Shown one piece after another: positions 52,293 to 64,000 of a stretch of DNA of 64,000 nt; positions within the stretch are counted from its first letter, which is position 1; the number at the start of each line of letters is the position of its first letter. This DNA comes from Tubiluchus corallicola (taxonomy: Eukaryota > Animalia > Priapulida). The notes under the pieces are model-generated. The model did no database searches, had not been told where the DNA came from, and saw nothing but the letters and a program-made list of their open reading frames with translations. The translations under genes and the position numbers were made by a program. Location of the stretch: the NCBI GenBank assembly GCA_030141605.1, contig JAQGDQ010000033.1:186001-250000 (forward strand), in the 5' to 3' direction.

Positions 52293-54630
52293 AATAATAA
52301 TAATAATAATAATCTTTTATTTATCTTTTAACACACGCACAGTTGTAATACAATTAATTTGGTAACAAAAATGTGAAGAAAGGGCAGCGAAAGACCAATT
52401 GGTCATCCAGTCAGCTGCCCTTTGGTTAGTGAACATTTTTAATAAGCGCTATGCAACAGTGTATCAGTGTTAGTACTGCTAATAATAAAAGCTAAATTGT
52501 TACGAATGAGATTAAATTGATATGCTTATAACGTGTGTGACGTCAGTCTGGAATATAAGAACTACCGAGCAGCATTGCAACCCCTTTCTAATATAGTTGA
52601 ACTGTATTTTAGTATGATTTTGTGTATGTCCTATACTTAGGCTCCATTAATAGCTTAGGTTAGCTAATTGCTTATGTTATTTGAATGAGTCTTTAGTTAA
52701 TTACTCATTAAGCGAATTTATCTACTACAATAAAGCAAGTTGAGACTGTACATATATGAGCATGCACTTAGTTAGCTCTGGGAAGGGTCCCACCTCATAC
52801 CTGTCCTAGATCTCCTTGACAAGAAAACAAGTGATTGGCCATATGCTCAACTGAACAGGCTGTTTAGCCAATGAAACGTCGTATTAAAGGACAAGGTCAT
52901 CCAGTTTTACCTGTTCTAGAAATTGAAACCAGGTTCAACACAGTGTGTCGAACGTGCTAGGCCAGTGAAGTCGCCGAATATGGCTTCCGACGAACACTTA
53001 TTAACAATCGAAGTCAAGACTTAATTACTGTGGCGACAGAAAGTGATTTAAAGGGCACAGACACACCAAAGGGTTAGGTGTTCGAGCCGCGAGGCGGAAA
53101 CACCAATAAACTGGCTATCACTCGTTATTTGACGTACTGCTGTAAACGGAAATTCAGGAGATCTGGTGCAGAAACAACCAGGCGATGACCAGACGTTGTA
53201 TCAATGGTGGTTCCACGAGCTCCACAGGTCAGGACTTCACTGCACTCCACTAGGATTGGAGAAGTAACCACTTACGACTTCGGTACACCTGACAAGTGTA
53301 ACAGAAGTGACCACGTAAGATTCCACCACCTGCTGAGCTTTGGAAGAGTAACTGCTCAAGATTCCATGAAGTTCGCATAACCGGTTAGTCACGTTATTCC
53401 AGTTTCCAGAGTGATGGAGATCGTCAAACGTTAGAATCCGACAGCTTCCGACTGCAGTCACTACAACTGATAAGTATACTTACCTTACATCCTTCTCCCT
53501 CACCTGGGTTGGGCTAACTAGTCTTCTGTTTATCGTAGGTTGTCTAGAAACGTCGCTTGTAATTATAACAAGTTTGTTATTGTTTTGATTTAAAGTGAAT
53601 TGTTTTTACTTCTTGTTATCTCATTAAACCCAGAATTTATCGGTAATATTAAAAACAGTTTTATTTACTTCTATTCTGTATACATGTCTGTGAACTATGC
53701 TTAAATGGAAAGATTCACTGAACCCACGCGTCAGCACATATCGGTAATTAGTAGCAAAAAAGTGTTTGTGGTGTCGTAACGAAAGCGTCCTATATCACAG
53801 GTGGTACACCACACATATCACAACGTGTTAGTACAATTCATAAACAGTAATAATAAGTGCATAATATTAAAAAAATCAAACTGAAAATAACTGAAATAAG
53901 AACTGAAACAAGAACTGAAATAAAAATCTGACAACAGGAACATAATAACAATGGCAACTGAAATTTACTTTAGCATAATTCTTAGACATAAGCAAGTGAA
54001 TGTATAATGGAGTCATAATAATGTAAAAAAATACAGAGCGATTTTTGATGATCTGAGGTATAATAAATAGGCAGATAGTTAAAGCACAAAAAATTACCTG
54101 TATGACTGCATGAGGAGATTGACAATTGGAGTCCAGACTTTGAAAATGATCTACAGAAGTTAGACAATAAACAATTAAATATTGAAGTTAATTGAACCTG
54201 GTATAACAATAACTGCTCTTGCACGCAGTTAGACAATTTATTAGTGGGCAAAGAAATAAAAGTTGTAAAAGTTGTTGCAAAATACTGTACGCTTATATGT
54301 AGTTAATCTCAGTAATAAGTTTGCAAGAGTTGACATTTATATAATTTACTTAACTGACCGATACAAGTTGACTGCTTGAGATCATCTGAAAGAGTATTCC
54401 ATAGAATTGTACCATTGTTTTAAAGTTTGTAGACCTTTTGTTGTGTTAAATCTTTCCTGAAAATAGTTTTGTTTGGTAGCTGCTCTCGTAGAATATTGGT
54501 GAACGTCACTAATCTTTTTGAAATAATTGCCGTATAATTTAGGTAGAAAGCCCTTTTTAATTTTATAGTTGAACATGAATTTCGCTAACTCAAGCTTATA
54601 AATTTCATAAATTTTTAATAATTGCAAAGC
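52293..54630 (-). mobile_element. 5'-truncated LINE (CR1/L2-group-like) 3' end, interrupted by the solo LTR
   Basis: ORF2 C-terminal remnant LQLLKIYEIYKLELAKFMF..FLPKLYGNYF..VHQYSTR (54630-54400), followed by a T-rich 3' UTR, a stem-loop at 52382-52420 and a (TTA)n tail at 52293-52313. Confidence 0.7.
52536..53822. mobile_element. Solo LTR (1287 bp)
   Basis: Ends are TGTGA...TCACA. A perfect 5-bp TSD ACGTG lies at 52531-52535 and 53823-53827. The interior is GC-richer with no retroviral ORF. Confidence 0.85.
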
Positions 54631-55059
54631 ATAATAGGAAGGGGTAGCAAGGGAAACGGACAACTGACCGATGTCCAGTGTCCTTGACCATCTGACCAGA
54701 GGCCACCATACCACTGCCTGTTCCCTACCCTCAAGATCCTATCCAAAAAGGATGGTGACTATAGGTACTATCGTTATTCACTGTCGTAGTGCAATAACAA
54801 AGTGCAAATAATAAACGGTTGATTTCGAAGAAGATTCTGCTACAAGCCGAATCTTCATTAATTTAATATTTAAAAAACACACGGGTTATTCTGAAATCCG
54901 TACGTTTTAAAACGCCTGTTAAAACGTGGAATAAGTAATATAAGAAACCTTTATTTTAAAGAGTTAAGTTGCTGGGCCCCATCTACCGCGCAACCCCATA
55001 GACATACACATAGAACATTTATTTTCTCCAATTAGTTTAACATCAAATTTTTTTTAAAT

Positions 55060-55845
55060 ATTACGTAATTATAATCATGGAGCAGGGCAGGGAAGGACCA
55101 TAGGGTCATCTAGTCTCCTGCCCTTTCTTATAAATAGATTAGTCATATTAAAAATTAACGGTGATCCTGCCGATAACAAAACCAAATAAGAAAAAAAAAC
55201 AAATAAAACAGTATAAATGATACAAATTATCCAAAACGAACTGAAAACAAAATAATAATAATAATAATAATAATAAAGTTGGATACCAAAATCTAAACAA
55301 AACAATACAATTATTCAGTAATTAGGATTATCATATGTAGTAGTTTCAAATGGGGTCTTATTAACAGGGGAATTTGACCAAGGTTAGCGAGTAAAGTAAA
55401 AAAAACTGAGAGTATGGAAAGATAAAATAAGTATCAAAAAAGTGTAATATAGAAAAATTTAAGAGAAACAGTAAGTATGGAAAGAGCAACAATTACTTAG
55501 GAGATGAAAAAAAACTTGCTAGCTTGCTTGTTAGTCCTACAAGTTATGTACTACAGGTATATTCATTTAGTAATAATTTTGTGTATTTTTTGGAAGCAGA
55601 AAATAAGCTACTTTCAAAGGTATCTTTTGGCAACGAATTCCATAATTTAACTCCTCGTGATTTTAAGCTATTGAAACCATGTCTGGTAAAAAATCTCTCC
55701 ACAAAATACTGTTCATTAGAAACAGCTCTTGTGAAGTAGGAATGTATATCAGAGACATTAGTGAAATATTCACTAAAAACTTCGGGTAATAAACCAGCAT
55801 TGAATTAGAACATAAACTACATATGTAATTAAATTTAATTTTCAT
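55060..55845 (-). mobile_element. Second LINE 3' fragment of a related family
   Basis: The minus frame reads AGLLPEVFSEYFTNVSDIHSYFTRAVSNEQYFVERF..GFNSLKSRGVKLWNSLP. A related 3' stem-loop lies at 55085-55123. Confidence 0.75.
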
Positions 55846-56465
55846 AATGACCCATCTTATTCACACCTAATCCAGAAACGTAATTTTGCTTGTTAAATTC
55901 AATATGTTTGAGAAATCTTAATTTGGTCATTTTAATGCATTTTGCTCTAAACTCATCAGCACCCTTTTTGCTACTTTATTTTTAGCCAATTTTTCCATTC
56001 AGACTGATTATTTTTATTTACTTGTTCCATGTCACTACTGTTTATTTCACAATAATTGCCAATTTTTACAATTTCATCATATCAACATTGTTCTACAATC
56101 TGTTTTTTGTTCTATATATACTCATTTAGCAATTCTATCATCGTCAGAATTCAATAATGGTGATAAAAACATTACCCTTTTGTGCTCAACTCTATTTTTA
56201 ATTGGCGAGCGGTTTACTTGAATTAAAATGTCCCAGTAAGGGGGGTTGTGTTTTTCTGACACAATTTTGACAGAATACTTTCTGACCGTTTCCACTCTTT
56301 CTTCTCTATAGGCTTAATAGAGGAATTTTTATATTTAGTACCATAGCTTCTCGGTAGAAGACACTACCAAGCTGTATTTATCCACGTGTGTAGTGTTTAT
56401 AAAATTTAAAACTTGAACGTTTAATTAATACTCTTTAATAAGTTGATAAAAATAGTTTTATAGTA

Positions 56466-59400
56466 ATGACGTCGAGTAAATGTCGTGTTTTTTCTATTCA
56501 AAGCCATGTTGTATCTGGTTACGTGGGTAACAAAGCAGCAACTTTTCCACTTCAGGTAATTTAGTTATTTGCATCAGAATTTCGCCTAGGGCCACATGCA
56601 TGGGAGATGAGCAAAAATGAGCCCCAATGCATTTAGATAATTTGAACTAATACAGCAGTAATATCTAGTCCGCTTTTAATGTATTAATTGGAAGGATTAA
56701 AAAGTAAGTTTTATTGTATTGTAAGTTTGTAATGAATTTCCGTTGTAAAATTTATACTGCTCTGCTGCGATCTTTTGCAAATGTGATGCATTGAGAGAAA
56801 TTTCCTTTTGTTTGCATGTAAGAGCACTATGGCTTCATTTGTGCCAACACTCCCCACTGTTGCATTGGTTACATCCTACTTGTGACGTAGGCATTATTAC
56901 CTAACTAACTGTTAGCCTCCGCCCAATCTAGGCTCCCCTGTTAACTGATGAGTCTGTTGCTATGAAACTTCTTTACTGTTTTCAATAAAATAATTTATTT
57001 TGCCTAAATATGTGCAGTTTTGGTGTTTCCTGTTAGTGAGCTTACATGCATTTTAAATCTCCTTGCTAAACTGGTACAGACGCGTCATTGTATGACGTAA
57101 CAGATACTTGTTGCTAGCTTGAAGCTAATGTATAGTACGCTTTAAAGTAGCGTCGAAATGTGTACCTTTTGCTTTATTTTTAAGCTGTTGGGGTTCGAAG
57201 TAGATGCCATCAACTCTGTGCAGTTCAGCAACCATACATGTAAGTTTGCTTCGCTGATCTTGTAACACCCATGTTCTTAAAACTGTCAAAAAGGGAAATT
57301 GGAATCAATAGTTCAGAAATTGGTGATTATACATGCAAACCGATATGGACAATTAATAGTTTTAAGGTTAGATTATTGGTTAATCTTGTCAAGTTGTTAA
57401 TCACATTTTATGTAGATTAATATAAATTTGTATTATGAGCATTTACTTCTACCTGTTAAAAATGAGTTTTCAGAAGATACGCTTAAATTTTGCAATGTCA
57501 GTATACTGACATATATAGTCAGTTCAACAGAATATCCGAATCTGCCTTTAATTTTATTGAATTTTTAAGTTACTGGTCAGTTACCAAGAATTGATTCATT
57601 ATAACTTTACAACTGAAATCTTATATAATAGGCTGATGTAAATATACATCTATTCTAGCCTAATTAAAAAAGTAAACATCAAGGCCATTCATTGTCACAT
57701 GTTGATAGTGTCCTGTAATATCAAGCAGTAGCATGTGAAATGTATGACATGTGTTTCTAGGTAATCTTATCAGCAGATCATCTTAGTACCAATTGCCATG
57801 CTGCACCGATAGGTGTCTTCATAATAATTTTAATTTTTGTTTAGTGTTGTGTTGTTTGTTTACGTATGTATTATAACAATTCTGTCAGCAATAGCAGCCT
57901 TTTCACATTTGTTTTAATTATTTATCAAGACAGTTCTCATTACGCCTAATATTAGTTGAATCTTTTGATTAACAAATTAATGGCATGGAAAACTTCATCC
58001 GCATCTGGTTCCTCTGCTTCAACTTTGGTTTCTTCCAACCATCAGCTCTCCTTCGTGAAGAAATCTTTCCGGGTTTTCTTATATTGCAACTACCACACGT
58101 TTTTTCACCAGACATTGTTGACACCTGTACAGCATTAGACCAACACTAGCAGTGCTGAACGCATTTTAATGTTAGGTTCAAATCACAGTTTTGTCCTTAA
58201 CTATTTCAATATACTACATGCGATTAATAAAAAAATTATAGTAGTGAGGTACGTGAAATTCAGCCAGAATGGTTATTATTACCATTTTACTGTTCATGTA
58301 TTAACTCAGAAGGCTGCGACTAGCAGCTAATTCAGATGTAATAATAATAATACTTACTTGTAGATCACACACAGATTCATGGAAGTATTTGATGTGCTCC
58401 AAGATTATTTTTGGCCATTTGAGATGCATAGTTGTATACAATTTGTGTAATTTCAGCAAGAAAAATTCAATACAGTATTATGTGACATGTATTTGTCTTT
58501 TACCACATACATTGTTAAATGTGCTAGAGATATCAGTGACATCACGGCAAAGCCAAACCAACTTATTTTTGCAAGTGCAAAGCTTTTGCCAGGTTTACAT
58601 ACGATATAGTTTATATCAACAATGTCTAAGCTACATTTTGATATTCAGTTCTTTTGATGTTTTAAATTCAGTACTGCTTTAAAGCCCTCAGTTTATATCA
58701 TCTGGTATCATATTTATATTCATTAGAGTTATAAGCCTTTAAAAAGTGCCATTGATGTTACTTGTTACATTGAATACTGTTTTGGGGTAGGTCTAGCTTA
58801 GAGTAAAATGTCGGTAATACATTTTTAGAACCTGTAACTTGACATTGCTATTTGTGACACCATATTTATAAGCAACATACTCTGATTCTCAATGTCATGA
58901 ACGGCAAGCACGACCGCCCTATAAATGAGGTGTAACACGTAGTTCTGGGGTCCTATAGTGTTAGATAATTTACTATTGGAATTCTGGAATTGGGCTAAGG
59001 CTTTGTTGTTTCATACGGGGCACGTGGAATCCGAGCCTAGGAGTCTTAATGAGCTAGTAATATTCAATGGTAGATAGAATACCAAAATAACTATTCAGCT
59101 GTATATAACACAATTTAATTGATTACTACTTTAGTAATCCTGGTAGGTTTTAACCAGGAGAAAATAAATAGTTAACAACAACAATCAATCACAGTACAGC
59201 AAATAAGTAAATATATTCTCTAGTCTAATAATAGAGAGGGAGATGTTAGTGGGCGTAGCACGTGCAGATGATGACACACCCTCGATGACGGCAATCCAAC
59301 GATGACCATGTACCAACGGAATTATGCTAAATAGCAAACACTGAGCAAAAGTACAAAAGTCTTGGCTCACCACATGCTCCATGAACACCATGTGAAACAA

Positions 59401-61755
59401 TAGCTGCTAACCTGTGGGGTAACATTCATGGATTCACCATCTATGGTGTGCTTCACCAAAATGGACTGCCCACCATAAACTTCAGCGTGACTTCAGACAA
59501 TGACGGTAACAGTAACCACCTCATCAAGCCAAAGCAACGCACTCATCATAGATCTGTCAGCACTGTAACAGTGGCTGTTGACAGAAGAAATAGTGACATC
59601 TGTTATGACGGCATTCCTCGTGGGTGATAGTAATTAGTAACTTATGCAATACGAGTAAGAAGCGCATTAACTTTGGTAAAGTTGCGAGACTGATACTGAG
59701 GCTTTTGAATACGGAGCTTTTCCTGTAGTTTATTTGTACCTGTTTCTGAATAAAAATTTGGCTGAAAGATCAATTAACATTTCAGTGTTTTAATTCTACT
59801 GACAGACAACTTGAGTGAGCAAGAAAAAAGAAAAATATACGTTACAATAATTAAAGATGTCCATTTCAAAAATTACAGCACGAGTTTTTGGTATCAAACA
59901 GTAATCTAATAGTAACTGCAGTCTTTACTGTCCATAAAAGTTTGTGCTCAAGATACCACCAATTTGCGTAATCACAATTGAGCTCAAAAAATAAACTGTC
60001 ACTTATCTCTGGAGGGAGCACTCACTACGTTAGTGCATTGGCAGTCACTGGGGTACACCTATCGTCTCTCCATGAAAGGGATACCACCTCCGGAACATCT
60101 CGTACTACGCTTGACATCACTAGGTGCTGTGTAGAGGGCTCAAAGTTGTTTTTTCGCTCAGTTGCATCGCAACATATTGTCCATTAGGATAGTATTAGGC
60201 CATTTAGAACTGTCCAGGATTTTTCACCAATAAAACATCAGCTCAACTAATTTCACTAGATAAAACTTAGATTTGTCCTCAAAGTTATAAATCCAACATT
60301 TTAACTGCCATATTTTCCAGCTTATTTCCCCACACTTCTCAATATCACATTTTCCTGTTACTGGAACAGTTCATTACATTTCAAGGTAGTTTGATACTTT
60401 AGACAGGTAACTATAGTACTATATAGGCGGGAAAGTAAAACACCCCTGTAATAAAGTAATAGGTCTGAAGCCAACACACTTTCAAAATGACCTGCATAAC
60501 AGTGGCATTTCGGTTAGCTGTGGGGCAGATGTAGTTTATGGGTACCTAGTACATTATTAAAACAACAGCAATAAAAAATAAAGTAAACTATGTAGGTAGT
60601 TTCCTTATACAAAATCAAACAAGAGTTAGGCCTCTTCGATCGAACAAAACATTTATCATTGAACCAAGTTGCATGGTATAATTTACAAAGTTGGTTACTT
60701 GTAATGTGCAAGAACACACTTTAGCTAAGGGGCGGACCTTGTCTGGTCCATCACAACGCCTACTGCATTATAACATCAACAATGCTAATCGACATTTCTG
60801 ACTGTCTTTTCACAGACATGAAAGATCAGACGATGGTCATTTTACATGACTTAAGCCTTTCAATAAACGGCCGACTGATTGCCAGTTGCACGTCTCAGAC
60901 ATTAGCTGTAAAGTATGTATTGTGTAAACTTCATACCAGTACGGGTTTCACACATTTGAAAGAAGCCGCGAGTATCCCAGGTATTGTAGAACACAACCAC
61001 AAGACGAGGCGGGTGTTAGTAGGACTCCTACACTACTACACTAATTAGGCTAATAATACAATATACCTTACTACTATAGTGACTACTATATTGCAAATAA
61101 ATTACACTAGCAAGTGACAAACAAGTAAACAAAAATATCGTAAATAATAGATGGTTTGTCACACTGTTTAAGTGACTGTAGTAAACATATGCTTAGCGAT
61201 AAGAGACGCCAGTCCAGTTATTTGTGTGAAAATTGGCAAGAAGTTATGTATTTTTCTTACTAGGGTACCACCATGTGAAGGGTCAAGTGCTGAATGCAGA
61301 TGATGTAGGAGATTTATATGAAGGATTAAAACTGAACAATATTCACCACTATTCTCACGTTTATACAGGTTTCTACTTTTATTACTTTCTATTGTATTGT
61401 AAACTTTATTAATGTTTTGTGATTATTTTTTGTGTAATATGTGATATTCTATGTAGCATTACAACATTATTTTTTCTGTTTGGTGTGATAATATTTACAT
61501 TTGCTGGATCACATTACAGTTTACAAATTATAATTTCCTAAAACATTGTAATAAACTTAGTATTAACTATCACATGTAATAAGTGATTTTAGTTAGATTA
61601 ATTATTATTCAGAAATGCAGACCGCACTGTATTATAATTAATACAAATTTTCAAATTTTTGTCATCTGCAGGTTATGTTGGCTCGGAATCTTTCTTATAT
61701 AAACTTAAAGACATTATAACAGAACTCAAAATGGAAAATCGAAATCTCATTTATG
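56466..61755 (+). CDS. PDXK: Pyridoxal kinase, exons 1-4 (continues beyond the window)
   Basis: Exons 56466-56555, 57185-57239, 61264-61368 and 61672-61755 translate to [111 protein letters not shown]. This is the unmistakable PDXK N-terminus. The ORF track misses it because the exons are short. Confidence 0.95.
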
Positions 61756-62237
61756 GTAAGATATTTTTGCACATGATATTTTGACTGTAGCTTAATTCTT
61801 TATTGTGCTTATCATCATTACGATTCAGAAGTTACTTTGGCTGAACAGGGCTTTCATATTTATTGATATTTATTTAGTGATGAGAAAACCTGTTGTATTG
61901 TATAAGATTTTTGTTCTGAAAAAAAAACTAGCAGGACCCATTGTGGACTTCCAACTTGTCTGTAGGTTGTACTCGAAACATTCTAAAAATCAAGCATTGC
62001 AGCAACAGAGCAGTCACTAGGATGTGACAAAAACATGGCATTTTATCATTGTGACATATTGCCAGCTAACCCTAAAGTGATGCTTATTCTCATGTTATGG
62101 TCATTTGCTTTTATTGGTGCAAGGAGTGCGCCGAGGGCCCTATGTGTAAGGATCCACTTAGATGAGCTATATTCTCAACGACCGTGATTGCCTCACACAC
62201 CCAAATTGCAGTAGCAAAAATTCACATAATTCTTAAA

Positions 62238-62915
62238 GCAAAAGCCTCTCGGGAAGTTGAGCTTATTCTAATATTTGAGAAAAATGCTAGAAAGTTTCAG
62301 AGTAAAATTGTGATAAGTGCCTTATGTAATTAGTAAAATCAATTTAAAGTCTCTGTCACTTCATGCTTGGGCGTACTCATTTTAGACGAAAAATGGCATA
62401 ATCCGGTTTCCGTGCAATATAAACACTTACTCTGCCAGGTGCTTCAGTAATATTTTTTTGACTTATAGAGCAAACTCTATAAGCTAAGTAATCGACCTGG
62501 TACCTATTGTATACTCGCAAGTTTGCATCTGAACATCAGATACAGCATATCTGAAAGTCAACAAACGTCTGTACATTAATTACACTTACACAATTAATGT
62601 ACACTACTTATACATTTTACGGTATAATCATGTGGATTAAAGCTATGTAACCACTTTAAACTTGGTCGTAATTGATCAAATGAATTTTACGTAAACACTG
62701 TTAAATATGATGCTAGAATAACGGAACTTCTGAGTGAACTGTAGAAATTTCCCAAAGTGTACCTTCACCACAGCTTACCTTCACAGTATTCACTTTGTAC
62801 ACGAACCACCAGCTTACGTCATTGCCGGCAGCAATTTTTGTTTGATGGGAGATAAAAAAATATTTAAATTTCTTTTACATTTTTAAGCAAAGCATTCTAT
62901 CCGCATATATTGTGT
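62238..62915. repeat. Unclassified interspersed repeat, copy B (PDXK intron 4)
   Basis: Same orientation and shared blocks as 9730-10480. Confidence 0.8.
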
Positions 62916-63079
62916 GGTGATTTCAATATTTTTAATTCAAGGGTTGGTTCTTCCTTTAAAGTTTACCAGGTGACTGCAAGATATTTACTTGTAAAGATGC
63001 TACCTCTTACTCAATTTGGGACATGCAGCGATGCATTTGATAAGTCGACTTATTAAAGCACTTGTTCTTGCAGAAGCAT

Positions 63080-64000
63080 CTTAACAGATTTTCCACCGCT
63101 TGGTGCATCAGCTAATGTACCAAATATCTCTTCATCTAGTAAGCCAACTATAAAAAGTGATAACAGAATCTAGCCACAGCAAACAGTAGTAAGAAAGCGA
63201 GACAAATCCCCAGTAATATAGGAGACAAAAGGGGAGACGACAGCATCAGAAAAAGGCTGTCACGGCGAGTACACCTAAAGATCTTCATTGTCAGTGACAG
63301 TCAACTAATTGATCAAATTAGAACTGTCATTGAATCACAGAATGTCACAGTAATGAACATTGAGTAAATTGAAAATAGCAAGAATGCTTACCATCCCTCT
63401 GGACAACAGGGAGAAAGTGTTTAAGCAGGACCTTTGGCCAGAAGGAATAGGCCTAGAAGGAAGGTGCTGGTTGCCCAAGAGAAGAAATGATCATGCAGTT
63501 ACTGGCTCCAGACAGGCACTTCAGGTCTCCTCGCTCCCTCATTCTTTTCAGATGTAGCTATGCATGAAATATTTAATAAGCTCTGCATTGTGCCATACAA
63601 CTGTAGTGGTTTATCTCCCCAGATGTGTAGGTTCATAGATAAAGTATGTTTTAGAAAATCAAATACTAATTTATGCTTACTCCAAGAACATTGGCTGCAT
63701 TTTGCAGTGCTCAGCAAGCTAGGTTTTTATGGTATGTATGATATTCTGGCACCAATGGCATGTTAGATGACCAGATTTTCCAAGGAAGACCATATAGAGG
63801 AACTGGTATTCTGTGGAAGAAATGTATTAGCGGCATTATTAATCCAGTTAAGTGCGATTCAAACCATCTAACTGCTAACATTAAAAAAAATCTCATTAAC
63901 AAATAGTTGTTCAGTCTGCCTGATAAATGTGATGATACATGCCTGTAGACCTGTTCACTATGCGAGTAAATGAAGATTTTGAGGACACGTTAAGTTTTAA
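63080..64000 (+). mobile_element. Degenerate LINE 5' part (ORF1 end plus AP-endonuclease start) in PDXK intron 4
   Basis: DFPPL and KVFKQDLWPEGI (ORF1-like), then YNCSGL..LLQEHWL and a frameshifted GRPYRGTGILWKK (APE-like). Multiple stops and frameshifts. Confidence 0.7.

Noticed and set aside
1-64000. CRISPR arrays, operons, rRNA/tRNA genes, prokaryotic defence systems
   Set aside because: The sequence is spliced eukaryotic DNA. The repeats are two-copy duplications or microsatellites without spacers, and no structural RNA gene was recognisable.

Overview
AT-rich, intron-containing eukaryotic (invertebrate animal) DNA with GT-AG introns; this is not prokaryotic, and most short ORFs in the track are exon fragments or noise. 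I assembled five genes by hand with consistent splice phases. (1) The 3' part of ERO1 (+, to 2459). (2) A complete PIGO (-, 12744-3847, 8 coding exons, about 1090 aa). (3) A ~1260-aa adhesion-type (class B2-like) 7TM receptor (-, ~31866-15014) with TSP1, fibrinogen-like, ILEI/GG-lectin-like and mucin modules but no visible GAIN/GPS domain. (4) Head-to-head with it, a ~1200-aa signal-peptide protein (+, 34211-48479+) with discoidin, SUEL, TSP1, MAM and mucin modules and no visible membrane anchor. (5) The first four exons of PDXK (+, from 56466). Mobile DNA includes a Penelope-like GIY-YIG remnant with inverted hammerhead-like ends, three copies of a TA-flanked Tc1/mariner-type MITE, a solo LTR with a 5-bp target-site duplication (TSD) nested in a LINE 3' end, further LINE fragments and unclassified repeats. 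The most interesting candidate system is the divergently transcribed pair of a GAIN-less receptor and a secreted lectin-mucin. Domain names come from motif recognition by eye, not database searches.
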